64,000 bases of DNA from the human T2T-CHM13v2.0 reference genome, Homo sapiens, in assembly GCF_009914755.1 (NCBI RefSeq), contig NC_060944.1, one strand, 5' to 3'. Below, piece by piece: positions 13,301 to 29,764 of this stretch (position 1 is the first letter of the stretch; every line of letters starts with the position of its first letter). The notes beneath the pieces were generated by a model. The model saw nothing but the letters and a program-made list of their open reading frames with translations. It was not told the DNA's origin and did no database searches. The position numbers were made by a program, and so were the translations under genes.

Positions 13301-13392
13301 CTGACATTTCACATAACATAATGTCCTCCAGGCTATCCATGTTGTTGCAAAGGACAGAATTTCATTATTTTTATGGGTGAATAGTATTCCAT

Positions 13393-13423
<31 letters not shown>

Positions 13424-13779
13424 TCCATTGTGTGTTATGTATGTATAGTATTCCATTGTGTGCATATATATGTATATATGTGTGTACATATATATATACA
13501 TAATATATATTCTTCTGCACATGGAAATCCAGTTTCTCCAGCATGATTTATTGAAGAGGATATCCTTTCCCCAGTGTATGTTCTTGGTGCTTTTATAAAA
13601 AATCAGGTGACCTCAGATCAGACCCAACTACATCATACCTTCTTTCGAAATGTGCAAGAAACCTACTAGAAATTCTTATTGTTAGAGTTTCAGATTTATG
13701 TCCTGGTTTATACTGCCACATTCATTCTTGGAGGTGAGTACATTTCGATCTTGGTCCGGCTGCGCAGAGAGTCAAAGCA

Positions 13780-14070
13780 GGAAAATCACAGATTCTTCCC
13801 AGCAGTCTACAGCCTACAGAGCGGCATTTGGTGCGATGGGATGGAACATGCTGTATCTCTATTCCATGTGGGGGTAAAGTGGGTGGCCTCAAATTTCCTG
13901 TGTCTGCCTGCATGATGCAAAGCTCACAGTTCAGAAGCTTAAGGACACACTTCATATCATCCCATCTGTTCTGGTTCAGTGCATAAGAATCTAAGTCTCT
14001 GAGGAAGGTAGCATAGTGTGCAGTTCACTGGACCAAAAGCTTTGGCTGCACCTCTTCTGGAAAGCTGGCC
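13780..14070 (+). promoter_or_regulatory. DEFB127: DEFB127 proximal promoter/5' UTR
   Basis: Unique sequence directly upstream of the ATG; shares blocks with the DEFB128 upstream region; ARE-like GGAACAtgcTGTATC at 13843-13857. Confidence 0.55.
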
Positions 14071-14119
14071 ATGGGGCTCTTCATGATCATTGCAATTCTG
14101 CTGTTCCAGAAACCCACAG
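14071..14119 (+). CDS. DEFB127: Beta-defensin 127, coding exon 1 (signal peptide MGLFMIIAILLFQKPT)
   Basis: Kozak GCCATGG; 49 nt; phase-1 donor ACAG|GTAAAC. Confidence 0.96.
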
Positions 14120-15291
14120 GTAAACCAAACCAGAAGCTCACTCAAATCAACAGTGGGATGGAGCATTTTCAGGAGCCAAAGGGAACTTCATAATCCACAC
14201 TAAAGGGAAATAGAGCCCCCAAAGATGGCTAAAGTTTATCCAACATCATCAGAAATTTCCTCTTTCTGGAGCCTTATTCCATGTTACTATCCTTAAAGAG
14301 GAGTACTCACTGAGCTAAAAAGAGGTCATAATTTCTTCTGGGAAAGATGTGTTGTTATAGAAAGGAATGATGCCAATATCTAGGGATACCTTTATGTCTT
14401 TGGATATGGTTTTTACTCTGATGCTCAGCTATATTTCCTTTTACTCAAATATATATGTGTGTGTGTGTGTGTGTGTGCGCGCATGAATAGAGGAAGAAGC
14501 AAATTTTGGAGTTAGGTTTAAGAAACATGCCTTCAATATCTACTAGTTTGTCAACTTTAAGTAGTGAAGACTCTAGGAGCCTCAGTTTCCTCATCTATGG
14601 AGATAATGACACCTGGTTAACAGGGGTTTTATTAAATGATATAACCTATGTGAAGCTTGGCACATACTGAGAACTCAAAAATTAGAGTTTCCTTTCCTCT
14701 TTCAAAACCAGATTTCTTACATGTGTCCCTTATTATAAGAATAGTAATGGCCTATTCCTGACCCTCTACATTCCTAAGACCCAATAGACTACTACCTTAC
14801 TGGATAACATGAAAGTCATTCTTGACCCTGATAGTGGGTTTGAACTCAGGAGAACAGTTTGATTCAGACATAAACACATAGTAACAATACATTGTTCTCT
14901 GGGCATCAGAGGAGGTGCAGTAGAAGGTAGTGCTCTGGGAGCATTCAGGATGCAGGCAGATTTGCTGAGGTTCCTATGTAGAGCATAGTTCCATAGCCTA
15001 GAATCAAGGGTTCAGCTCCTTTATTTTCTCAGATAAGATCTTATGTTCTTGGCAGAGTCTATCAGATGTTAAGGGAGGCCTAAAACCTCACAGGACCTAA
15101 ATATAAGTGATCCAGTTAAATACAAACACTGAGGTTGACCTTGTCGGAAAATCCTCTTCAGAATATATGAGGGTCTGCCTTGTGGATACCCCATACCCCT
15201 AATTCCTACAAGCCTCCTCTGTCTTCCCCAAAACCAACATGCCTTCAGTCTCAAACACTGATATTGTTCTATTGCTCCTTTCTGTGTATAG

Positions 15292-15542
15292 TAACCGAAC
15301 AACTTAAGAAGTGCTGGAATAACTATGTACAAGGACATTGCAGGAAAATCTGCAGAGTAAATGAAGTGCCTGAGGCACTATGTGAAAATGGGAGATACTG
15401 TTGCCTCAATATCAAGGAACTGGAAGCATGTAAAAAAATTACAAAGCCACCTCGTCCAAAGCCAGCAACACTTGCACTGACTCTTCAAGACTATGTTACA
15501 ATAATAGAAAATTTCCCAAGCCTGAAGACACAGTCTACATAA
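15292..15542 (+). CDS. DEFB127: Beta-defensin 127, coding exon 2 (99-aa precursor in total)
   Basis: Acceptor TATAG|; six-Cys motif [31 protein letters not shown] plus C-terminal tail; 49+251 = 300 nt, intact. Confidence 0.97.
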
Positions 15543-15584
15543 ATCAAATACAATTTCGTTTTCACTTGCTTCTCAACCTAGTCT

Positions 15585-15667
15585 AATAAACTAAGGTGAT
15601 GAGATATACATCTTCTTCCTTCTGGTTTCTTGATCCTTAAAATGACCTTCGAGCATATTCTAATAAA
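15585..15667 (+). terminator. DEFB127: Two AATAAA polyadenylation signals of DEFB127 (15585-15590, 15662-15667)
   Basis: Canonical hexamers 43 and 120 nt after the stop codon. Confidence 0.65.
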
Positions 15668-16708
15668 GTGCATTGCCAGTTTTCTGTCTCATTTTGTTCT
15701 TTAACCAGGGGTTGAACTCTCATTATATACTAGGTAATGAATTGATAAGAACTCAGAACCTCTCCTTGAAAAGGGGATATGACAAGTACACTAAAAAAAA
15801 AAAAAGTCCTATAGTGTGGAAGTCTGGAATAAGAAACTCAGAAACACTGACATGTAATTTAGGAGAGGGAAAGGTGAAGCAAATATTCAGGGGAAATTCA
15901 TGAGTAAGTTTAGGAATAAAGCAGTGTCTTGTAGTAAATAAGTAAATAGTAAAGCAGTAAATAAATAGGATTTCCATGGATGAGGTTTGGTAGGGAAGGC
16001 AATTTGAGTGAACAGAATGGGAGGAAATTGGAAAAGACAGAACATTTCAAGACACTATACATGCACTTTGTTTGGATGAAGAACAGAGCACTCAAAGTTG
16101 AACTATGGGGGAAGTCTGATTTCCTAAGCTCCTGTGTACCAGCAGTGAACTGGGAAGATGGAGATAAATAAGATTCCACTGTTGTGGAGCTCAACAGTGG
16201 AGCTCAACGCTTCCTCTATGAAGTGGAGAAGACCTAAGTAAATAACTCCAACACAAAAGTTTTTAGGTTTTTGCTTTGTTGTTGTTGTTGTTGATGTGTT
16301 CATCTTTTTTGTTATTGGGGCCCTGTGGAGTTTAGGGGAAATGTAAAAGATCTAGGAATTGGTCCAAATTGTAGTGCTTTCATTGTCTTGATATGCAAGA
16401 AGAATAATCCATGTACATACTCTGCTGAATTCTTAAAGATGTACCTTCTGAATATGATTAACATGGAAAGTTTCTTCTTCAACTACATTTCAAAGTCATT
16501 TGCTAGTTTTGTTTCTTATATCATTTCACCATAACAATTACAAGCATTTTAAAGATTTAGTTCATCCACTATAACATTTACCACTAATGTGTGGCATGTG
16601 TTCTCTTAATCTCTCTCTTTCTGGTGTTCTAGGGCTGGTATAGGGAGCACCTAAAACAAGCCTAAAATATCTTGTGGTGCCAGAAAGTAAGCAATTGCTT
16701 AATAATCA

Positions 16709-19563
<2,855 letters not shown>

Positions 19564-19576
19564 AAAGGATAGGGTC

Positions 19577-20440
19577 ATATTAAAAGAACACAGGAGTCGG
19601 TCTAAAAGAGCTTCAAATGACCAAAGCTGCGACAATTTGAGCAATAAAATAAATAAGATAGCATTGGATTATAATACAACATATAATAAATATCTATGAG
19701 TCCATGATGATATGAATAAATAATTGAATAAATTGGAAAATTGGTGAGAACAGATGTGCCATATAGAATAATTCCCAATAATTCATACAGATATTCCCTG
19801 CTGAAGAAGGTGGAGCTTGACCTCCCTCTCCCTTGAGCATGGGCTGTATTTAGCTACTTGTTTCCAAAGAGAAGTGTGTGGAAAGGAGTTAAAAAATAAT
19901 TTCACCTGGATAAACCTGATAAGGTCATGTTTCAGATTTTATGGAGAAATCATATTGATAACATGAACCTGTGATATGATCTGATGAGAATGGCACTTCA
20001 CTTCTGTTTTCTTCCTCCCAAAACCCTGCGACCCAAGACAAACAATGAAAAACATCAGAAAAACTCAAATTCAGTGGCATTCTAAACAATATTTGACCAG
20101 TATTTCTAAAAACTGTCAAATTTATCAAAAAGGAAGAAATTCTGAGCCACAGTCAAAGACCAGAGAAGCCTAAAGAGACAGGACAACTAAAGGTAATGTG
20201 GTATCCTGGATGGACTCTTGGAACAGGAAAAGAACATTAAGGAAAAACTAGTGGTGACAATAGTAATAATAATAAGTGTAGAGTCATTTAGTAGCAATGT
20301 ATTTAGCTGTGATGGCTGCATTGTGGTAATATAAGATGTTAACAATAGCAGAAACTGGGTGAATATTTGGGAGCTCTCTGTATTATCTTTGCAACATTTC
20401 TATAAATCTACAACTATTCTAAAACTGAAAATGTAGTTAA
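19577..20440 (+). mobile_element. L1MC-like 3' end
   Basis: ACAACTAAAGGTAATGTGGTATCCTGGATGGACTCTTGGAACAG and GGAGCTCTCTGTATTATCTTTGCAAC motifs. Confidence 0.6.
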
Positions 20441-20898
20441 ATTTTGGAAAACTGACCACAAAATCAATTTGGCACATTCCTTTTCTTCTTATTTACGAAA
20501 GAGCTTCTCATTTCTTCATTGAATGCTTGGTAGAATCTAATGGTAAATTCAACTGGAACGGAACTCTTTACAGGAAGTATTGTTATAGATTAAGTTTATT
20601 GCAGGTTAAAAGGCAATTCAGTTTTCTATGCCTTCTAGTCAACTGTTGTATTTGGCATATATACTTTTCCCATGTTCTAAGATTTTTATACTTGCTATCC
20701 TAAAACTCTTTGTAATATCTTCTTTTTATCTTATTAATGCCTGTAAGATATGTAATGACACCTTTTTCATTTCTGACATCTATTATTTGTTTTATTTTCT
20801 CTTTTTTCTTGATAAGTCTCACATTCACTTATTAATTTGATTTATCTTTACAGAAAACAAATTTTCTTCATTAATTTTAGTTTAGTTTCCATTTCTTA

Positions 20899-21387
<489 letters not shown>

Positions 21388-21589
21388 TCATTCTTTTGAC
21401 CTAAAATAGACATCTAGCACTGCCAGAAATAACCTTTTGGGAAGTTACTCTATGAGAGCTGAGGTTTGTTTTTTATTTTGTTTTATATATATTTTTTAAA
21501 TCAGGAATAACTTAGACCAGGGTGAACAAACTACTGCTGTCAGGGCAAATCCAGCCCATAGCCTGCTTTTGGAAATAAATTTGTATTAG

Positions 21590-21590
<1 letters not shown>

Positions 21591-21628
<38 letters not shown>

Positions 21629-21646
21629 ACATACACACATACACAC
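21591..21646. repeat. (CA)n microsatellite
   Basis: About 28 CA units with TA interruptions. Confidence 0.95.
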
Positions 21647-23066
21647 AAATATATCTTCACTAATGTTCTTTTTTTCTTGTTTTTCAAAAACTTTTACATA
21701 CCATAAAATTCACCTGTTTTAAGTGCACAATTTAGTGTCATTTCTATTTTTTATTTTCGGTATGCTTTTCTTTTTGTAACTTTGTTAGGTGCATGTTTAT
21801 CTTTATAAAAGAAAAGCCTTCCTTCTTTTCAAATATGAGAGTTTAAAGTTGTAAGTTTCTCTCTATACACAGCCTGAGCACCATCCCACAAATTTTCAAT
21901 ATAGAGTATGTTCATTGTTACATTATAAACCTTCTCATTTCTCTTAAACCATGAGCATATAAATAACATATAGATTATATAAAGACTATGGATACAAATG
22001 TTAATCATGCAATTTTGTCAACTAGTTATAATTACATATACAGTAACATTACTTTGGTGATATGTAAACCAAAATGTAAACAAAACTTGAAAGCAAACAG
22101 AAAATATCATATGCAAAAACTTGTACACACTTGTTCTTCATACAGTTTGTTTTCAAATATGATCTTCTATCTTGTTATAGGTTTTCTATGGCTTTAAACT
22201 GACATTTATTTTTCATTTATATTGTCCTCTGTTATGATTCTTCCAGTCCTGAACTTCCTGCATCAGTAATTTTTAAAGATATTTTTGGTTTACAGAAGTT
22301 TACCAATTATTACCATAATTTATCATCAATTTATTAACTCTCACCATCATTTCAAAAGTGAAAGAAATTTCACTACCTAAAAATATGTATGTATGACATT
22401 TTAGAAGAAAACAGACTTTTAACTAAATGCATTCATGTCTCTTAAAATTTAGTTCTATCATTTTAATTTTTTTCATTTTATTACAGACCAGTTTAAACTT
22501 TGTCAGAACCCCATTAGGGCCCATGTATCCATTTAACAACAAAATTCTGTAATTCTTAAATTCTCAAATTCATAATTTATATAACCACTGATACCCAATT
22601 GGTAGTAGTCTTCTGAGGAATGTTTCTATTCCATTATTCCTTGTCTTCTCTAATCACTCTCTGAATCTAAACTTCTCTTTAGTTTTTTTTCCCTATAATT
22701 AGATGTTGAGGTGTTTGGCTTACTTATCTTCTTTATTAGAATAAATAATATGTATCCCATCCCTAATGATTAGCACTTTGTCAATTTTTATATGTTTATG
22801 ACAGGTGGACTCACTCTTATTCTAAACTCTGATATTAGTGATATCCAATGCCCCATTCAGAGACCATTATATTAAAAATGCACTTATTACTTCTGGGACT
22901 TTCTAGACAATTTCCTTCATCTTTAAAAGATCTGGGACAAACACCACAAGCTTTGTCCCACATGAAAGTTCTCTGCCCAAGTAATGAAGCATCTAAAAAT
23001 GCTAGTAAAGATATTAGATTTTAATATAACACATCAATAATTATATTTAATATAAATGATCTAAAT

Positions 23067-23404
23067 CAGGGGTCCCCACCCCCCAGGCCATGGACCGGTA
23101 TAGGTTTGTGGCCTGTTAGGAACTGGGCCACAGAGCAGGAGGTGAGCAGCAGTGGGAGTGAGCATTACCACCTGAGCTCTGCCTCCTGTCAGATCAGCTG
23201 TGGCATTAGATTCTCATAGGAGTTTGAACCTTATTGTGAACTGCACATGCAAAGGATCTTTGCGTGCTCCTTATGAGAATCTAATGCCTGATGATCCAAA
23301 GTGGAACAGTTTCATCCTGAAACCATCTTCCCATCCCTGCCAGTTTATGGAAAAATTGACTGCATTAAACCGGTCCCTGGTGCCAAAAAGGCTGGGGACC
23401 ACTG
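23067..23404. mobile_element. MER1B-like hAT-Charlie DNA transposon, full length
   Basis: Terminal inverted repeats CAGGGGTCCCC...GGGGACCACTG; perfect 8-bp TSD ATCTAAAT (23059-23066, 23405-23412); 338 bp. Confidence 0.92.
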
Positions 23405-23489
23405 ATCTAAATACACCAATAAAAAGAAAAAGATTGTAAGATTGGATTTTAAAAGACCTGACTCTATACTGACCACAAAAAAAAACCCT

Positions 23490-24785
23490 CACTTTATTCT
23501 TTATTGCATATATTTATGGTGTACAACATGATGTTTTGATACATGTTGTGAAATGGTTAATATAGTCAGGCAAATCAACACGTTCATCATCTCACATAGT
23601 TTCCCTTTGTGTGTGTGTCGCAAGAGCACACTACTTTTTTAACAAAAATTCCAAGTAAAATATAATATTATCATAGACCTCACGTTGTACATTAGACCTC
23701 TAGACTTTTTTAATCTTACGTATCTGCAATTTTTTATCCTTTGACCTACATCTCTCCATTTCCTTCCCCTCCAACCACACCCCTGGTAACGACCACATTA
23801 TTCTCTATCTCCTTGTATTCAGCTTTCCTTTTTTTTCTTTTAAGATTCCATGTATAAGTGAAATAGTGCAGTATTTTTCTTTCTGTGTCAGTTTATTTCA
23901 TTTAGCATAATGTTCTTCATGTTCATTCATGCCTTGGCAAATGGCAGGATCTCCTTTTCGAAGAGTAAATAATATTCCATTGTGTGTGTGTGTCACAGTT
24001 TATCCATTCATCTATCAACAGTTCACTTGTTTCAAAATTTTGACTATTGTGAATAATGCTGCAATAAATATGAAAGTACAGATACCTCTATGAAGTTAAG
24101 TGGTGATTTCATTTCATTTTTTTTTTTAAAGACAGGGTGTCACAGTGTTACTCTGTAGCCCAGGCTGGAATGCAGTGGTGCAATCATAGCTCACTGTAAA
24201 TCTCAAACTCCTAGGCTCAAGGAATCCTGCCTCAGTCTCCTGAGTAGCTGGGACTACAGACACACACCATGCTTAGTCAATGTTTTTTAGGTACAGGGTC
24301 TTGCTGTGTAGCCCAGGCTGGGCTCAAAGTCCTGACCTCAAGCAATCCTCCTGCCTTGACTTCCCAAATTACCGGGATTACAAGCATGAACCACCTCACT
24401 CAGCCTGGTAGTTCTATTTCTAATTCCTTTAGAAGCCTTCATACTGACTCCACAATGGCTACATCTGTCTACATTCCCACCAAGAATGTACAAAGGTTCC
24501 CTTTTCTCCACACCCTCATTAACAATTGTTATATCTTGTCTTTTTGGTAATAGTTATACTAACAGGCATGAGGTGATGTCTCATTGTGGTTTTGATTTAC
24601 ATTTCCCTAATGATTAGTGATTTTGAGCCCCTTTTCACATACTTCTTGGCCATTGTTATGTCTTCTTTGGAGAAATGTCTTTTCAAGTCTTTGTCCATTT
24701 TTTTAATTGGGTTTGGTTTTTTTTTACTGCTACTGAGCTGTATGAGTTCTTTATATATTTTATATATTAATCCCTTATCAGATAT
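23490..24785 (-). mobile_element. L1MA-type 3' fragment containing an AluJ (~24118-24408, -)
   Basis: L1MA 3' UTR and ORF2 end on the minus strand, interrupted by an Alu. Confidence 0.75.
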
Positions 24786-25039
24786 ATTTAATATAAAGAC
24801 AAAGAAAAGCTATAAGACTTTATATCTTAAAAAGCTGGAGTGGCTATATTAATATTGAACAAAATAGATTTCAAAACAAGAAATACTACCAGGGATCAAG
24901 ACGCACAGAAAGAAGTCAATTCACCATGAAAATATAACAATACTAAATGTGCATGCAACTAACAATAGAACTTCAAAATAAAAGCTTGTAGAACTAAAAA
25001 AGAGAAATAGAGAAATCTTCACCTACAACTGGAGATTTT

Positions 25040-26030
25040 TAGACTGACATTAGCAAGATGGCAGAATAGGAGGTTCCAAGCATCCCTCCTCTCAACAGAA
25101 AATTCAACTGGCAGATATCCATGACAAGAGCACTTTGGTAAAAATCCCAAAACTTGGAAATAAGCCAAAGACACCCATGTTGACCACAGAACTGAATAAA
25201 AACCACATTAGAAGGGGGAAGAGAAAAGGTCTCACTTTGACCAGGCCACCCCTCCTCCACTCCCTCGCCCAAGTTGGCACAGCACTATGCAGACAGGATT
25301 GCCCTAGGCCTACAGTTTCTCCAGTGGGAAAAGAAAACTAAAGATGAACATTCAGCTTCCTTAGCCATTCCTGGAATATTCTCAGAAAGCCCATTTCAGT
25401 CTCAGTTCACAGGGAAAGCAGGGGATAACGGTGTGGTTAGATCACCTGGGTTCAGATAGAAAAAAAGAAAAGGGGGCATTGCTCACAGTGACCAGTATGA
25501 AGATACTGTTGGTAGCTCTGTGTCACTGCCAGCAGAGGTACCAGCCAACAGCATAAGCCACCTGCAAAGCCAAGCTGGTCACTCCCAGAAGCACAGTGGA
25601 AATTTCCATCTGGCTTGAGTCCCTAGATGGCCAGCCTCCACAGCCAGCCTCAAATCCCTCCCCAAGGCCCCACGCAGAAATGGAGATACCTGCAACAAAG
25701 CATTTCAAACAAAAGAAACAACTGAGACTTGTGCCCCAGGGCATTTAAACAGTGGCTCAGACTCAAAGCTCACTCAAGGAGGGAGATGCCCACCACAGCA
25801 CCTTTCAGCAAAGCCCAGAGGCTGGACTAGCCACACCCAGAAGTATAAACGGTGGCTCACCTCAGCCTCAAAGCCCACCCCAAGTCTCTGCCTAGGCAAG
25901 GGGGCAAGCCTCAACCATGCATTTCAACAAAGCATAGCAGCTGGTCCCAACTACCCTGAACAAAACCTATCTAACCTCAGGACCCAAACAGTGGTAGTGC
26001 CCGGCCGGGGAAAATACCATGTCTGTTAAG
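25040..26030 (+). mobile_element. L1M 5' UTR fragment
   Basis: Starts with AGCAAGATGGCAGAATAGGAGG (L1 5' YY1-type motif); GC-richer UTR-like sequence. Confidence 0.6.
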
Positions 26031-27852
26031 GGTTCTTACCATGATTTTAAAAAAGAAAGAAAACCTATACACAGACATTCCCAACAGCTTTATTCATAAT
26101 TGCCAGAAATTGAATACAATCTGAATATCCTTCACTGTGTGGCTTTTAAAAAATCGCATTTATAGTACATCCATAGCATGGAATATTACTTAGCAATAAA
26201 AAGAAACAAAGTATTCATACAAGTTGGAGGGATCTTCAAGGAACACTAAGAGTAAAAATGCCAATTTAAAAAGATTACATATCTATGATTCCATTTATAT
26301 GGCATTCTTGAAATGACAAAATTATAGAGCTAGAGAACAGATTCCTGTTTACCCAGGGTTAGGGAAGGAGGGAGAAGGCTCTCACTGGAAAAGGGTAGCA
26401 CAAGGAGTCTATGTGATAAACTGTTTTGTGTCTTGACTGTAATGGTGGTCACAAAAATCAAAGCATGTCATAAAATTGTGTAAAACTAAATACATACCTA
26501 CATGCACACACACAAACAAATGACTACATACATGTAAAACTGATGACATCTGATTAAGACCAATGGAGTATATCAATGTCAATTTCCTGATTATAGTTAA
26601 ACAAGATGTAACCATTGGAGGGAAAAGGTATATGGGATTTCTCTGCATGTAGGTAAGTCTAAACATATCTCAAAATTATTTTAAATGTCAACTTTTAGGA
26701 ACAGCTGATATTTTCTCTGTATTTATCCTAAATCACTAAGGCTTTCACAAGATCTCTGCTCCAAAGACCACCATATTTCTTTTTAAATGACATATCTATT
26801 GTGAAATGCATTTATGATAGTCAGTATTCTCATGCTGTGGAAATATACTTTAAAAAGAATATAGTCTTTATCCTATACTGAAGCTCTTGTCCCATCCTGT
26901 CCTTTTCAAACACTCAGCAGTTCAATTGAGCTTTACAACTTCCATGCACTTCACAAAAAGAAATAAAATAGTGGAGGCTACGCTGATCTCAGCTGGTTTT
27001 CATATATTTGGGGGTCAGATGGCTATAGACTGATATAAGCTAGCCTCTGCTGGGACAACTGGGTTCTTCTCCAAAATGTCTCTCTTGTCCTTCCTGCAGA
27101 CTAGACTGGTCTTGTTCACCTGACTGAGGCAGGGTTCCAATGGAGAAGGCAAAGGCACACAGGCCTTTTGAGGCATAGGCTTGGAAATAGCACAATTTCA
27201 TTTGCGCCATATTCTCTCTTTTTATGACTTTATTATTTGAATTTGTATATTGCACAAGACTTCCTATTGTTCAGATTTCATTTGCTTTCTTTCTCTTGTA
27301 TTTTAACATCCTTCACAATTCTCACATCATTATTAAAAGTTGCACTTAACCTAGTAATAGATAAGCATTAGCTGAAATTAGTAATTGCTTAACTTCTATC
27401 CTACACTACTTTATCACATACTAGTGTGTCATGTTTCATAGTATAGGAACAAAGTAATCTTGCACGATGATATCTCTGATGCATACCACTATATTTTTGC
27501 TCATGGAATGACAGCAAAATTAATTTTTCTGCTGCCAAACTAATATTCAGCCAATCTTTTATTCATCAAATCTAACTACTTAGACCAGGGGCAGTTTCCT
27601 TTAGAGTTAGACTGTAATTTGTGTACTAATTTTTTTTTGGTTTTTTGTTTGTTTGCTTGTTTTGCTAAGGGAAAAATTTATTTTCCTGATGTATTTATTA
27701 TTTTTTAGCTTTTATTTTAGTTTTAGTTTTAGGAATACATGTGCAAGTTTGTTATATAGGTAAATTGCATGTCATGGGTGTTTGGTGTTCACATTCTTTT
27801 GTCAGCCAGATAACCATATTCTCTCTTTTAACGCCTATTTAAAATTATATAT

Positions 27853-28016
27853 TTTTAAGCTATACAATGTGATGTTTTGATATACATATGCATATTTAAG
27901 CTATACAATGTCATGTTTTGTTGTACATATGCATATTTAAGCTATACAATGTCATGTTTTGATGTACATATGCATATTTAAGCTATACAATGTCATGTTT
28001 TGATGTACATATGCAT
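27853..28016. repeat. Minisatellite, 41-bp unit x 4, derived from an L1MA 3' end
   Basis: TAAGCTATACAATGTCATGTTTTGATGTACATATGCATATT starts at 27856, 27897, 27938 and 27979. Confidence 0.93.
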
Positions 28017-28087
28017 CTTGAAATGAATACTATAGTCAGGCTAATTAACATATCAGTCTCTTCACGTAGTTACCATTGTGTGTGTGA

Positions 28088-28463
<376 letters not shown>

Positions 28464-28464
28464 C

Positions 28465-28901
28465 TTTATTTATTTATTTATTTTGAGATAGAGTCTCGCT
28501 CTGTGGCCCAGGCTGGAGTGCAGTGGCAGCATCTCAGCTCACTGAAATCTCTGCCTCCCAGGTTCAAGCAATTCTCCTGCCTCAACCTCCCAAGTAGCTG
28601 GGACTACAGGCACCCTCCACCACACCCAGCTAATTTTTTTATTTTTCATAGAGACGGGGTTTTGCCATGTCGGCCAGGCTGGTCTTGAACTCCTGACCTG
28701 AAGTGATCCACCTGCCTCGGCCTCCCAAAGTGCTGGGATTACAGGCATGTGCCACCATGCCTGGCTGATTTTTGTATTTTTAGTAGAGACGGGGTTTCAC
28801 CATGTTGGACAGGCTGGTCTCGAACTCCTGACCTCAAGTGATCTGCCTGCCTCAGCCTCCCAAAGTGCTGGGATTACAGGCGTGAACCACTGCTTCCGGC
28901 C
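28465..28901 (-). mobile_element. AluS with an extra left arm (three-arm composite)
   Basis: Right arm plus left arm, then a second linker and left arm joined at GCTGGGATTACAGGC (~28732-28746). Confidence 0.85.
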
Positions 28902-29289
28902 ACAGTATTATCAACTGAGGTCCCCATGCTGTGCATTAGATCTCAAAAACTTAATCATCCTACAATACTGGAACGTACTCTTTGACCAACATCTTTTGAT
29001 TCTGCCACCATTGCTTCTGATAATCACTATTCTCTCTCCTTCTATGAATTTGACTTTTCAAGATTCTACATGTAAGTGATATCATGCAGTATTTTTCTTC
29101 CTGTGCCTGGCTTATTTTACTTAGTATAATGTCCTCCAGGTCCATGCACATTGCACAAACGACAGGATTTCTTTCTGTTTTAAGACTGAATAATATTTCA
29201 TATTGGATACAACCTAAGTGTTCAACAGATGAATGGATAAACAAATTGTGGTATATACCACCTGTTCTCACTTGTAAGTGGAAGCTAAA

Positions 29290-29743
29290 TGTCAGGCCTC
29301 TGAGCCGAAGCTAAGCCATCACATCCCTTGTGACCTGCACCTATACGCCTACATGGCCTGAAGTAACTGAAGAATCACAAAAGAAGTGAAAATGGCCTGT
29401 TCTTGCCTTAACTGATGACATTCCACCACAAAAGAAGTGAAAATGGCTGGTCCTTGCCTTAACTGATGACATTACCTTGTGAAATCCCTTTTCCTGGCTC
29501 ATCTTGGCTCAAAAAGCTCCCCCACTGAGCACCTTGTGACCCCCACTCCTGCCTGCCAGAGAACAACCCCCCTTTGACTGTAATTTTCCTTTACCTACCC
29601 AAATCTTATAAAACGGCCCCACCTCTATCTCCCTTCACTGACTCTGTTTTCGGACTCAGCCTGCCTGCACCCAGGTGAAATAAACAGCCTTGTTGCTCAC
29701 ACAAAGCCTGTTTGGTGGTCTCTTCACACGGACGCGAGTGAAA
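29290..29743 (+). promoter_or_regulatory. 5' LTR7 (U3 with two copies of a ~50-bp repeat, TATAAAA, AATAAA 29679-29684)
   Basis: Begins TGTCAGGCCTCTGAGCC and ends GTGAAA, directly before the PBS. Confidence 0.95.
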
Positions 29744-29746
29744 TTT

Positions 29747-29764
29747 TGGTGCCGTGACTCGGAT
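29747..29764 (+). other. Primer-binding site for tRNA-His
   Basis: TGGTGCCGTGACTCGGAT, complementary to the 3' 18 nt of tRNA-His. Confidence 0.95.

Noticed and set aside
15180-15291. N-terminal extensions of the DEFB127 and DEFB128 ORFs (also 44653-44728)
   Set aside because: Intronic in-frame sequence upstream of the splice acceptors; the true signal-peptide exons were found separately.
29285-29289. HERV-H 5-bp TSD
   Set aside because: Left CTAAA and right TTAAT do not match well; flank continuity supports the insertion, but no clean TSD can be claimed.
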